Numbered from the stretch's first letter, positions 1-13,900 are shown. The stretch is DNA of 64,000 nt from Octopus sinensis (GCF_006345805.1 NC_042997.1:182404001-182468000); one strand, 5' to 3'. The notes: generated from the sequence alone by a model not told the origin. A program made the numbers and translations.

Positions 1-1207
1 TTTCTAACATTTTCCACAAGAAAATCCAAGAGAAACTTTGAAAGCAGCTGAGATATAAAGTCAGAAGGGATAATTTACAAGATTTGTGTTATCTATTGGC
101 TGTTCTCTCATGGTCTCAAGATGCAGCCTAACTCTCCAAGCACTTTCACTCCGTCCTCTACTAAATGTGTGAAAAATAACATCTTAAACAAACTGGTAGT
201 TGATGAAATGTAAATAAGAGCCAACTCCAAATATGTAGGAAATGTATAATTAAATATGACTAACAGTTTATCAAGCACGTTATCAAAATGGTACTTTTCG
301 TTTTGATTAACTTCAGTTTATGTCTGAGATTATCCTGGATTCCCTCTTTCTCACTTTTGTCTATTGTAACTGAGTGAACCATTTCATACATGCTTTCAAA
401 TCTACATTTTACCAATTATAGTAAAACTATAAGGTCAATCCAAGGTGTAGCAGTCATGAGCTGTTGCAATTACTGTGTGCACCTGTCAAAGGCTCACTAG
501 TTGGTCATATCTCACCAGAGACAAGAGTTTATATAATCACAATTGAACATATTTTGATAAATTACTCTAATTTATCAACTAATGATTTATACAGTGAACC
601 TATTCAAACCCTACAAACATGGATAAACAGATTGTAATGATTATATATGTTTATATATAAATATATAGATATTTTTAAAAGGTTGTTTGTAACGGCCAGT
701 CAGAGTGACCATTTGTTTCACATCTATAAAGCACTTAGCTGTATAGGAGACTCATCAGACTTAAATGGCCAGAGGCAAATAACCTCTACAACTGGAAGAT
801 GGAAAACATCATTTGATAATTTTGTAAACAAAAAACTCCCAGATGTTTCCTCCTTATATGCTTCTGGTCATTTGAGTCTGACAAGTTGCCCATCATGCTA
901 AGTGCTGTATAGGCACAAAACAATGGTCACTCTTTGGCAGGCCATAACAAACAACCTTCTAAATATACTACTGCTCTGTTTTAGAATGTGCTTGTTTTTC
1001 GGATATATGAATTACTGACATATATATATAAGATCCAGGGATTGAGATGTAGGAAGAAAGTTAGCTTCAAGCAATCCATAGTAAATATGAAAAACAATTT
1101 TCAGAGACAATAATGGTTTATTGAGATGGAAGGTTGTGGATTTTTTCCGTATCGAAGTATGACAAACTGAAAATAATTCTTTTTATATTTCACAGTGTGA
1201 ATAAGAC

Positions 1208-1518
1208 TACAAGAGTTAAGGAATGGAGTAGATAAGATCCGGGCTACATATGTTTCATAGTGAGCGGAGCCTCAGAAGTGGTAAATATCCAAGTGAGATG
1301 TATACTGCAGGCTACTCTTCAGACCAAGAATTCTGATTGAATCTTCCATGTGTTAACATGTGACAATGTAAACTTTCATTTAATCAAGATATCCTTGGCC
1401 TGAAAAGTAGTTGGTGGTATACACCTCGCTTGGTGTATATTTACCATTTCTGACGTTCAGCTCGCTATGAAACATATGTAGCCCAGATCTTATCTATTCC
1501 TTTCTTTAATTCTTGCAT
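1208..1518. mobile_element. Fold-back MITE with about 100-bp terminal inverted repeats
   Basis: 1208-1307 (tacaagagttaaggaatggagtagataagatccgggctacatatgtttcatag...) aligns with the reverse complement of 1416-1518; TA dinucleotides at or next to both ends suggest Tc1/mariner type. Confidence 0.8.
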
Positions 1519-1689
1519 ATATATATATCTTAGTAAAAACCACGATATCTGTTGCCAAATATAAGGGGTTGTTTTATTCAGTTAATAATTGGAGGATTGG
1601 GGGGAAAAAAAAAAGAAATATTTATGGTGTTTAGTATCAAAATTAAGCCGAACAAACACTCACTACCAGAAAAAAATAATTTCAGTCAG

Positions 1690-3418
1690 CAATTGTATGA
1701 TAAATGTAATAAAGACTTTATTTATATATTAAAGAAAATCAACATAACTCTGAAAAATATTTAACATTTACTTTATTATTTCTAATAGAGAAATCCAACA
1801 ACATTTTTAAAATTTAATTTTTTTTCTTTAAATAAATGTGAACAGTAACATAAATTAACAAATTTAGCCACGATTTCTTTTTATCTTGTTTGCAAGTGAT
1901 TAACACTTCTATGTGAACACGATATCAATATAAGCAGGTTTCAATAAAATATAGTAACCAAATTAACGACAATACAATTAATATACACATATATCACAAT
2001 GTACTATATACAAACAAAATTGAAGCATAAATTACAGTTAGATAAATGTTAGGCATCCATCATGAGATTTTAGATGAAGAGGAAAAAAATAGCCTTCTAA
2101 ATTGATATTTTAGTTGTAGAAGCATATAAGAGTATTTAGAAATAATTGATGGTTCAGCTATTAACAGTTGAATCATCAAAATCTTCCAACATTTAAATAG
2201 AAGAGAAATTGATTACTTCACAACAGTAAATGGTAAATGTTAATATGGCAAATACTTAATTGAAATAAAGTAAGCTGTAAACGGTTGAATATGCTAGATT
2301 GTTCAACCAATGATGAAGACTAAGTGAAAGCTTACAAGGGGTTTTATAGTAAATATTTCAAATAGCTCTCAGTTTGGAGCTGTAAAAATGTACTGACTTC
2401 ATAAAAAAGTTTATACCTTAGCTAAAAGAGAAATTTTGAAAGAATTGAGAGAAAACTAAAGATTCAGATAAAGATTTTCAATTTTAGAAAAAAGATTTTA
2501 GATTATGTTTCAAGTTTGAAATTAGTGCATGCTATACTATTATTCATTAGTGTTTTCAGAGCAAACATTACAACATTTAAATCTTAAAAATCTTATTAAA
2601 GTGCCAAATTTGCTGTAAATATTAAATTGAAATGCTTCTCATTATGTTAATATGAGACATTTACAATTGAAAAAACTGTAAAAAAAAAAAAAATTGAGTA
2701 AACCATTTTGTATCAATCAGATCAAAAATTAAAACCAGTTAAAAATTCAATAAAGACATATGCATTTCTTTAAATTAAAATGTGTCATAGATAAGAAAAA
2801 GTTATCCAAAATTTAAATTAAAATAAAAGAACCATCAAAATATATCCAGAAAAAAAAAACTTTCTTAAAAGTATTTAGTTAAATACCTGTTTTTTGGGGT
2901 GAGAGGGGGATTTCTTTTTTTTTTTTAAGGATACAAAACATCATTTGCCTTTCAACAATTTGAAAGGCAAATCATGATTGTGTGAAAAAATGTTTTTAAA
3001 GAAATATTTAATATATTTAGTAAAAAAAGAAATAAAAAATTAAAATAATTTACTAAGGTTGTAATTATGACTAGTTCATGTCCAAAAGATGCCCTTGATG
3101 AAAATCAGTCAAGTAGGCATCTGTGTGACCTCATCAGGTTGCTACAATAATGTTCATCTTGATATAAATTCATGCACAGCCTGGTAGAGAAATGAAAAGA
3201 AGCATTGCTTCTAATAAGTGAAAAACCATGACTTACATATTGTGGATCATGCAATAGTGAAAAATAATGGTAAAATTTACAAAATTAATAGACTAAGAAA
3301 ATTCCCTTTCTAATTGTCATAGAATGCACTAACAAATGAATAGGAATGCCAACAGAGAATGAATGTGAAAGGTGCTGCTTGCTGTACACCATGTGAATTT
3401 TTAAATGATTTTCCAAAT
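1690..3418 (-). other. Probable terminal 3' UTR exon(s) of Munc18
   Basis: Donor AGCT|gtgagt at 4897/4896, 14 nt after the stop. Strong acceptor (catttttttcag) opening at 3418. Repeat-poor U-rich sequence follows. End position inferred from poly(A) signals. Confidence 0.45.
1717..1777 (-). terminator. Candidate polyadenylation signals (two AATAAA)
   Basis: Minus-strand AATAAA at 1777-1772 and 1722-1717, with U/GU-rich sequence downstream (ttttttctggtagtgagtgtttgtt). AATAAA is common in AT-rich DNA. Confidence 0.35.
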
Positions 3419-4431
3419 CTGAAAAAAAATGAAAAAAACTAAGTAAAATTCTTGTAATACATCCATCTTTTGTATTTTTCTACATAAGTGTCAATAACAA
3501 AATACTATTTATATTTGAATGAAGATTAACTTAATATTTATTTTGAAATTGATACCAAATAAAAGTGTATCTTTTACTTGTTTTAGTCATTTGTCTGTGG
3601 CTTTTAATTGAACAAATCAATCCCTGGTAATTTTTGTTTGTTTAAAGCCTAGTACTTATTCTACTGGTTACTTTTGCAATACCACTAGGTTATGGGGATG
3701 CAAACACACAACAACATCAGTTGTCAACAAGCAGTGGTAAGAGACAAACACACAAAACTACACATACATAGATATATACTTTTATGTATATATGTGTGTG
3801 TGTGTATATATAATCAAAATAAGCAACAAGTATATCCAAGGTAGAGTAGTACAATTGTTTCATGCTACTTCATTTTATTAAACACTGTAAGTATTACATC
3901 AGTTTTAAAATGTCGAGCAATCTTCAGCCACTTACAGAAATTTTCCAATCAAACAGGCAATGCACATTCTTATCTCTATTTCGTTTGCCAACATTTTAAA
4001 GAGGGTAGATATATAGACAGAGAAGTTGATTTCATTCTTAAGAACATGACAGTAGTAAATTCACTCTCTGGCTCGAAACGTTAAAGACTTGTTTCATTTA
4101 TATTTCCTGAGCGCCATACTAATACAATTGTTTGTTTGTATTCCACCTGCCTTCGTCTTTTGTTTATTTCCGTAAACCTGCCTTCGTCTTTTGTCTATTT
4201 TCATAAAGCTTACCGTTATATATACATATATATACACATATATATACACATATATATATATACATATATAATCAAAACTGCAACGACAATCTGGAACTCA
4301 ACTGATGATAGAAAGCTCCGAATGACCTGTCCTTGTTTTTTCCTGTACTTTTTTTTTTGTATCGTCTAACTGTTCAGATGATTTGTTGTCGCCCGTTACA
4401 TTCTTGTTCCATTTTTTGTTTTGTTCGTATA

Positions 4432-4790
4432 TCATCATCATTTAACGTCCGTTTTATGTGCTAGCACAGGTTGGACGGTTGGCAATATATATATATTTAT
4501 GTTTATGAATTTGTGTTGCAAGATTCCTGATGTAACATTGTGTGTTGTATATTTGGCCAAATATAGTGTGTGCATTTATTTGGCAATAAAAAATAAAAAT
4601 GACCATCCTGAAATGCAACACACACACATAATGGGCTTCTTTCAGTTTCCATCTATCAAATCCAGTCATAAGTCTTTAGTCAGCTTAAGACTATAGAAGA
4701 CACTTGCCCAAGCTGCCATGCGGTGGAACTGAACCCGAAACCATATGGCTGAGAAGCAAGCTTATCACACAGTCATACCTGCGCCTATAT
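4432..4790 (-). mobile_element. Two SINE fragments: (CAT)n-tailed SINE end at 4432-4480 and tRNA-head SINE part at about 4620-4790
   Basis: Both sequences recur elsewhere in the window (e.g. 36900-37028 and 38540-38665). Confidence 0.75.
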
Positions 4791-4910
4791 ATATTCACAA
4801 AGCTTGTATATTTTCTATGTAAAATGAACAAAATATAGATAAATTACAGACAGTGATTTATCAAACAATATATAAATTTAGAGAGTAAAAACTCACAGCT
4901 AATGCTTCAA

Positions 4911-4975
4911 TTAGGGATTGCTAATCTTGCGGAGATCTCGTAGAAGACCTTCTGGTGTTAGGATATGGGTTGCAC
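4911..4975 (-). CDS. STXBP1: Munc18 last coding exon: [21 protein letters not shown]
   Basis: ttcag|GT GCA ACC CAT ATC CTA ACA CCA ... CCC TAA; conserved (S/A)THILTP terminus. Confidence 0.97.
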
Positions 4976-7900
4976 CTGAAATTCATAAGTGTAGATTTAT
5001 AAGAATCAAAAATACTGAAAATCAACTATTATTAAAATCCAACTAATTTAAATAAAATCATTAGAATATCAAATGGTTACTGACCCAGAATAACTTCCCA
5101 GTTCTTGACAGCCTGTGTCACTTCATAGGCACTTCGCATTTCGGAATAAGCAATACCACCCACCACAAATATTATCAGGCGAGGACCGCTCTTGTAGCTT
5201 GCTTGACCTTTGTCTTTATGCCAGTGTCCGTAACGGACACTACAAAACAAAACAAGAAAAAAATTCATCAGAAAAGGTTTCAAAAATGATTCGACTATAC
5301 AAATTTTAACAAAAAAAAAAAAATCAAAAAACATTTAATTGAATAGTGTATTTATAATTTTACTTTAAATATAGCAGTAATGTCTATATAAAATGTCTTT
5401 TGAATTAAAGCTATATGCATAAATGCTCTCAAAATAATTTGTAGAAGAAAAATGTACAATTCAGTATTTACCTTATTGGTTGTTGACAACTTGGTCTCGG
5501 TCCTCCACCACTAAAGAATGGGAAATGTCGAGTATCTAACTTATCTTCAACTGCTGCCTAAAATGATAAAAAAAAACCTTGAAGATTATAAACCACTCTA
5601 TACATTAAAATATGCTTAAATGAAAGCAAAGTATGAATCCGTTTTGCAGAATCAATTTTAATGACTTGGAATAATATATATGATTTTTTTGACCAAATAT
5701 GTTTCATTTGAAAAGAAAGCTACAATTCCAGTCAGATTCCTATTCCATTTTTATTACACTATTAATATTGAATATATTGCATAGACACTGTTGTCTCATT
5801 GACAGTTATGTCCTTCTTTGAACTCACTGTATATGTATGTCACTTTATAACGTGGACAAGGTTATAACAATACAAATATAAATCAGAAACAACAATGTAA
5901 CAAACAATATCTCTTAATGACTTCTACGGCTTTCTTCACAAGTGCCTGCACACACCACACCGTCACTGACAGTGGGCATGTGCCTTTATACAGTTTAGGA
6001 CAACTGACTTGCTATCCCACAGAGGTATCAGGATTTCACCACAACATCTCTCCTTTCATTAGAAGTTAATGTTTTTCTTTTATTTATTATCTTTATTACC
6101 ACCCCCACCCTTTTTTTTTTTTCAATTCCTCAAGAAGAAATTGGAATATTTTTTCGTTTTGGGTCTACATATAAAAGTTCTGTTTGCTTTCTTCTCCTAG
6201 TCACTGAACTTGTTGATTTGATTATTCCTTGAAGTATCAGGACGTCGAAAATGTCACAAAGAAATTCCATTGGCTCTTCATGCCTTATTCTTTCTTCCAT
6301 AAACCATTTTTTCAGTTGGTTTAGGTGTCCCTGTATTCCCACGTATGACCTTTTACCATGTACATTATTTTCCCTAAACATTTACTTATACCTTCTTCCC
6401 AACTTTCCTTTCTGTTACTGTATATTTAAAAAGAAAAACCGTGTCACCGACTTTGAAGTATTTCATCTTATTTTTGGTGTTTCTTTACATTTTCCCTTTT
6501 CTTCCTGGTAGTAATTTGTCAAACACTGACCTGACTTTCCTGGCAAACATTAGTTCAGCCAGTGATATACCTGATGTGGTGTTGTAGTATGGTGTTATTC
6601 AGTAGACACTTAAGGATTGCGTCAATGCAGTATCAGCTAGTAGTTCATTTCTAGATTTTTTCAGCACCCTCTTAAACGTGTCTACAAAACGTTCCACTTG
6701 TCCATTCCATCTCGGATGGTATAGCAGAGTAGTAATATGCTCCATTGTATGCATTTTGCAAAAGTTTTCAAATTCCTTTGACATGAACTGTGTTCCATTA
6801 TCAGACACTATAGTATCTGGGATACCATATCGCGCTAAAAGTTCATCCAGAAATTCCATCATTACTTTGGAAGTTGGCTTCCCACATTTACATATTTCCA
6901 GCCATTTCATGTAACTATTAGATAATAACCCTCCATTTAACAGTCCTGCGATGTCTATGTGTAAGCTTGACCAAGTTACATCAGTGTTGGGTCAAGGTTG
7001 AATTTTTACAGGTGGTGCCTTTGCTGCCAGCGCACAACCCCTGCAGGCTTTCAGTAAACATAGCTTCTCATCAATGCTTTCATTCTCGCGATTTGTAGGT
7101 GTCCCATGTGGAATATTTTTAACATATGGTTTTGCAAAGAAACAGGTATTACAACCCTCTGAGTGAACATAAGTACATCATCACATATCGAATATCATTC
7201 TAAAATTGTGTTATGCTCAGTTACATGAGTTTTTGTATTTGTTTCAAACTTCACTATTTTTTTTCATTTTTATTATGAATGCATCCTTCTCTGCTTTAAT
7301 TTTTATTTCTTCTAAAGTGACAGGTAGTTCGCATACTACGTTGCAGAGTATACTTTTTATTTTTATTTTGGCTTTTAATGCCACTATTATCATGTCCTTT
7401 AATGATTCATTGTATTTAGGAATCAAACTTGACAGCCAATCTGCATGTTCTAATTTTATCGATGGTAGAAATTCCATGTTAAAATCTTAATTTAGCAGGA
7501 TCATCCCCCATTGCTGCAATCGGTTGTGGGGATACCCTTTTTTGAGCCATAAATTGATAACAATGGGTGGTGATCTGTTTGCAGACTGAATTTCCTTCCA
7601 TGTATGAATTTGTGAAATTTTTTCACCACAAAAAGATAATGGCTAGTGCCTCCTCAATTTGGCTGTTTATTTTTTTCAGCTGCCAACAATGAACATGAAG
7701 ATTGAGCAATGGGTTTTATGTGTAAATTTACCAGTCTTATACCACTTTCACTAGCATTTGATGCTACTACTATTTTAAAATTTAGATCAAAGTGTGACGG
7801 CAGTTCTAATGTTAAAACTTTTTGAATTTCTGCGAATGCTTTTTGAGACTTGTCTGACCAATACCATTTTATGCCATTTTTCAATAGGTTGTTTGGGGGT

Positions 7901-10900
7901 GCTCTTAGCTCATGCATGTTTGGTATGTATGTTTGGTAATAGTGCGTGAGCCCTAAGAACGCTTGTAATATTTTTCGAGGTAGGCATATTTTTTATTACT
8001 GTTGATCTTGAAGGATCTGGCCTCTGACCATTTTTATCAATAACTTGCCCAAGATACCTTATTTCTGGCATGAAAAATTTGCATTTTTCCTTGCTAAGAT
8101 TGAATCTTTACTCCTTTATTTTCTCAAAAGCCATTTTTACATGTTCCTCATTTTGGCCCATGGACTCACTTTTTATGAGTATTTTTTCTGCGTTGTGTTG
8201 TAGATTTATAATTCTTTTGCATTCTTCAGCCACTACTTGTAGGGTTAGTTTTGAATCATGTTCAAGCTTTGTCAATATTTGAGCCCTTATCTCTGCATCT
8301 TTGCTTGCTGTATGAAGATTAAACATTTAACATGGCCAGGCTTAATTTGTCGAGTTTAAATTTTTCACATTCTCTATTTACGATTCTGGGGTACATGACA
8401 AAATTTTCTGTTTCTTTTTTTTTTCAAATTCAAACACTCCCAGCGAATACTAAATAGTGAACTTCTTTCACTGAATATTTTAGATAATAGCTTAATCATT
8501 TCCTTGAAACAAATTTCGGATGGTTTTCTCAGCAAGATGTAATTACAAAACTTTTTGTGTTCTGCTGGTGATAATTTCCTTAAAAGAAGACATACCTTCT
8601 TTTTGTCCATCCAGCTTTTACACTCTTCCTTGAAGATTCCTTCATACCTTCTGAAGTATGCAGAAAACGTTATCCCTTCTTCCAGATTATATGTGAATTC
8701 TTCATTTAAATTAGCAACCACTTCTGCCAAATATGAACCTGAAGTATTTTTTGACTGCAACAATAATTCCAACAACTGTTGATTTTGTTGTTGTTGTTGT
8801 ACCTGTTCTTGCTGTTTCTGTTGTTCTTGTTGCTGTAGTTGCCGTTGCAACTGTTGCTGCTGCTTGTTGTTGTTGTCATTGCAACTGAACCATGAAAGCT
8901 AATAGGTCTGCCATGCTAAGAACATCCACCGTGAGCTTTGAATGTCTTGTCACCACTGTTGTGTCTCAACACTGTTATGTCCTTCTTTGAATTCACTGTA
9001 TATGCCACTTTATTACGTGGACTTATTACAAGGTTATGATAATACAAATATAAATCAAAAACAATACATAACAATATTTTTGAATGACTTCTACGACTGT
9101 CTTCACAAGCACCTGCACACATCACACTGTCACCCACAGTTTAGGACAGCTGACTTGTTATCCCACAAGGGTGTCAAGATTTCACCACTTTGAACCTCAT
9201 AGAGGCAATGACTAGTGACCGTGACCTTTGGCAATGTGCTCTGCTTAAGAGGACTCACCAAGCACTAGTGCCTGTGGCATATGAAAAAAATCAACCTTTG
9301 AAATTACAGAGGCAAAGTGGCTTGATTGTTGGGCCTCACAGAAGCGAGGTGCCTGAGTTCCTTTCAAGCGTTGGGCCTCATGGAGGCAAAGTGGCCAAGC
9401 TACTGGGCCTCATGGAGGCAAAGTGGCCGAGCTCTTGGGCCTCATGGAGGCAAAGTGGCCGAGCTCCTGGGCCTCATGGAGGCAAAGTGGTCGAGCTCCT
9501 GGGCCTCATGGAGGCAAAGTGGTCGAGCTCCTGGGCCTCATGGAGGCAAAGTTGCCAAGCTCCTGGGCCTCATGGAGAATTTATTAAAGAGGTGTTGTGT
9601 CTATGGAAGAAAGTTTAAATGATAAAAAAAAAAAAAATCAAAATTCAAAATTGACTGACATTTGTTCTTAGAGAAAGAACTGCTTCTACCACATCTTTCA
9701 TAGAAATTCTTTAATCTGATATAATTATTTTCAATGCAGAAAACAGTCAAATTTGCATCTGTGAAACAGGAAATTTTAATGTATCATATTAATAATTTAC
9801 ATTTAGCTAGAGTCAGAGTCAGTACATTTTCATCAACTTCAAGTTTAGCTTCCAACTCTGATTACACAATCCAATTTGCTCAGCAATGAAAAATTATGTT
9901 ATTTGTAGGATTCTATCCACACAATCTCCCAGTCTGTTAAAACATACTCTAATCACCTTTCAACTGAGCTACTGGGGTTTTACTAAGTACTCTACATTGT
10001 AAGGTACTGTCAAAGGACAGAACTTCAGATACCTGTTTCTTACTAATGACATTATTAAAACCAAAAATACAAAGCATACCTCCATGATATCCTTTATATA
10101 TGGTGTCCATCTCGACATTTGATAGGTATGATCAGCTGTTCTCTCTTTTCGGTTGTTAGTGTGGTAAGGCTGAGCAATCTTTCTTCGCCCTCCCTAAAAA
10201 TAAAATATAAGATCCAGTTGATTAGCTTTTCTTGACTTGAAAGAAATAAGCAGTTTATGCTGCAGAAACCTGAAGACAGAGAAGGTCTATTGGGAATAGT
10301 GATAAGCCTAATAATCATTTTCATTAATAAGTTATATTAGTTTGTATAAATTTTCATTTATTATTTTCTAAATTCTCACTTGTAATACAAGGAACTGGTA
10401 TCGTGTTTTAGTTGTAAGTGCTAAAATCTTAAATTTTAAGGATATTCTGCTGACAATAAAGATAGGTTGGCAATAACTACAATAAAAATCAAATGATAAT
10501 TTGATCATTTACTTGTATGCCATATACCTCTACTAAACAAAGAGCTACTGATTCTTTTGAACATGTTATATTTAAATGTTGCAATGTTTTTTACTACACA
10601 ACTTCAATCTCTCAGACAGAATCATTGAGATTTTGGTCATAAAATAATGCATTTTAAATCATATCTGACAATACAGATTAGTATTTTATACTGATATCTT
10701 AAAATTTTAAATATAATCAATGACAACACCTTTGTTAACTAAATTTAGATAATATCTAAACCTATCAAATAGACTATTATATATAACATAGGAAGGGGAT
10801 AAAATTTATTAACACTAAGAGATTATATAACCAATCACACCAGAAAACATAAATTTTAATAAAATATTTTTCATAAGTCTTACAACTGGAGTTGCTACTA

Positions 10901-13900
10901 CTTGATGTCTTTGCTATCAAATTTTCAGTTCCAGCTAAAAAGCTTCATATTTATATAAAAAATAATTTTTCCTAAATAACTTTTTGATTTATAAAGGTTT
11001 TACAGCCTGCTCCTGGAACACAACATAGTTCATGGTAAATAGTTATGGAATCCAGTCAATTTTCTGAAATTGTACTTTTGAAATTGATGCAAGTGACACA
11101 GACTGAAGTATCAGTTTGTTATATAAAAAAGAATGAAAATCCATAAATGTCTGATAAATATATGAAGAAACTTTTTAAAATAAATTTTAAAAAGAAATAG
11201 AGTAAAAGAATAATAAAAATAATAGTCTAAAAGTTATGTAAATTTTACTCCAGTGTTTTATAACAATATGAACCAACAGGTAATTTAAACATTGGTGTGT
11301 GCTACTCAAGCTCCGGTAATGTAAATAAGAATTTGGGTAGACCATAAAATCATCAGTTTGTACAGTTAATTAGAAATATTTCATTAATCTGTATACAGCA
11401 GAATGTAATAGTTCATACTATATAAATGTTCATCCCTATAGTTACAGAGACTGAACTAACATAAGTATCATAAAATTTGCCAGGATATCTTAAATTGTTT
11501 TGAAGAGAGAAAAGTTAAAGAATTAAAATAGTCTTTCACTTCAGGAAAGTGTAATAAAACTCTGGTATTTTATGTATTGCTGAATTATTTAAAACCTTCT
11601 GAATACATTATATAAATTATTCTCAAGTTAATTAGGACAGAAAATAATTAAATATGGGTTTGATATAAGCTGTGAATATTTTTTAGAAAACTTATATCAA
11701 TAAAATATTTTATAACATAAATAAATTACTAAATGCTGTAGTTAACCTACATAAGATGCTAAATACTTGTCTATATATAAATAAATCTGACAAAAACTCT
11801 GTAATTAGGCTTTGAGAGGCAGTAATGACTAAGTGTGGCTAATATTTAATCCAATAGTAGCTTGTAGCTATTTTATAGTAATGGTGGTATTACCAAATTA
11901 TATATAAAATCTGTATCACTGTTAGATTGGTAGAACATTTGAAGCATGCAAAGCAACAACATATTTATGAAGAAAGATAAAATCAAAATAAATAAATTAT
12001 ATCTATCATACACAGTGGAATTTAAAAAAAAGCTTAAAAGGAATATGATGAAAATAAATTTAAAATTTAATGTAAAAAAATTGTCCAGTAGTCTTTTTTT
12101 TTTTTAGTAATGAAAAATGGCATGTCCAAACTAGCTACTTTATATATTGACAAAAGCATAAATCAGTTGGTAATAATCCAGTCATGCAATAACTTTTTTT
12201 TTCTTTTTGTAATGTGAGAAGTTTACTAGCTGATAACATAACTGCCTTCTAATTGGTAAAGTAGAAATGTTCTTTATTTCCATTGAAAACAATTTCAAGT
12301 ACTAAGGTAAGAACTACTTAGAAATTGAAATGAAAATCAAGAAATATATTATAAACCTGTACAATATTCAGTTGGTGTGTGGCATTTATTTATTTGAAAA
12401 CATGACTGCAGGGTATCTTGACAGATTTTTTTTTTCAAGTTAAGATAAAACTTCATTACTAACCAATCCTACTGGGGTCAATTTTGTTATTTACACAATA
12501 TGCTTGTATCATATTAGAGAAGCACAAAGCTTTAAAAAAATAAATAAAAGTAGTAGATACATGTTTAATATTTATCACATACACTTGATACTTTTCTTTT
12601 GACTTCATTTCTCTAAAAGTTATCCTCTAAAAATATTTTGAGCAATCAGCAATGAATATCCTAACTAATGCCAAAAATTATTATCATTGTACCTAGATTA
12701 AAATAATATAGCAAACTGACTTAATTTTTCTTTGCGAAATTTGTTTCAGTTTCTTATTCATTATGACTAGGACATTATTAAAAGACCTCATTTAGCACAG
12801 TGTTTCTCAATGTTCCACCTTAGGTTCCTACCTTAAGAACATCAGTTTTACACTAAATCCTCCCCACTTAGAAAATTGAAAATTAAGAAATTAATAAGAA
12901 AATATTTTTATTTCAACAAAACATACCCAACTGAGAATTTGCATAATTTTCTGTTTTTATAATTTACAATTCTAGTGAACTGAAATTGTGTCTATTTCAA
13001 TATAGTTGGAAAGTATAAGAATCTATGGTTATTAGACTAGAGTAAAAATATTTACTTGTGTATAATTTTTAAAACTCTAATATAGAAATTAAGATTTCTG
13101 GAAAATATCAAATTCATCACTGTGAGAGAGTGTATTGATTGCATCCTAGTTGAGAAACACTGCTTTGGCAAGTTCGATGGTTTTGGATAATGACATGCAA
13201 AAAATAGTCAATATCATTTTAGGAAGAAAAAAAAATATTGCATACAAGTAAAAATCCTTTTTAAGTCAAAAGAGAATATAAAAAGAAAAATGAAGGAGAT
13301 ATGAATTGGTTTTGTTGATGCAGAATAATTAACAGCTTCAAAATATGATTAAATCAATTTTCAAACAGAGAGCAACAAATATGATGATCGTGAAATATAA
13401 GTATTAAGGGACAAGAAATTTGACAATAGTATATATATGAATACCTTAAAAACTACATAAAGCCTTAAATTCCAAATATCACCATTTTATATCTATTTTT
13501 CCAAGCTGGCATGGACTGAATAAGTTTGCAAAATAATATCTTTCCATGTTTCTTGTAGCTATGATATCTATGAGTGCCACCATCATCTGCTTAAACTTAA
13601 CTACTTGTAACCAGCACTTCTTTGGTTTATTTGTAACTCAGGTGTTTTTTACCATCAGACTATATCATTTTTATATAACACACACCATCCACTTACAATC
13701 CTGCTCACAATCAATGTCTGATGTTTAGTGACTTTCTATATTCATGTACTCGACCCTTCCAGTAACATTTCACAAGTAGCAAACTTGTTCCTCTACAATT
13801 TCTGCAGAACTTGAACAATAATTACATCTGCTTAACTGCCATAGGTCACAATATATATCATGTTTTGTATCTTGTATTGGGAGAGAAAAGTTGTCATGAA

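Larger units (their letters stand above)
5789..9188 (-). mobile_element. Degenerate, internally deleted Ty3/Gypsy LTR retrotransposon
   Basis: Alignable direct repeats at 8957-9188 and 5789-6046. PBS-like TGGTGACAAG follows the 5' LTR and a PPT (AAAGGAGAGA) precedes the TGT start of the 3' LTR. Internal gag, RT/RNaseH and integrase fragments are broken by stops and frameshifts. Confidence 0.92.

Noticed and set aside
9190-9622. 142-aa and 98-aa ORFs; superficially CRISPR-like periodic repeat
   Set aside because: Contiguous 32-bp minisatellite with no spacers, in a eukaryotic intron.
10194-10269. Upstream alternative acceptors for the 10193 exon (10269, 10260)
   Set aside because: Extensions of 76 and 67 nt break the frame or introduce stops, and there is no other support.
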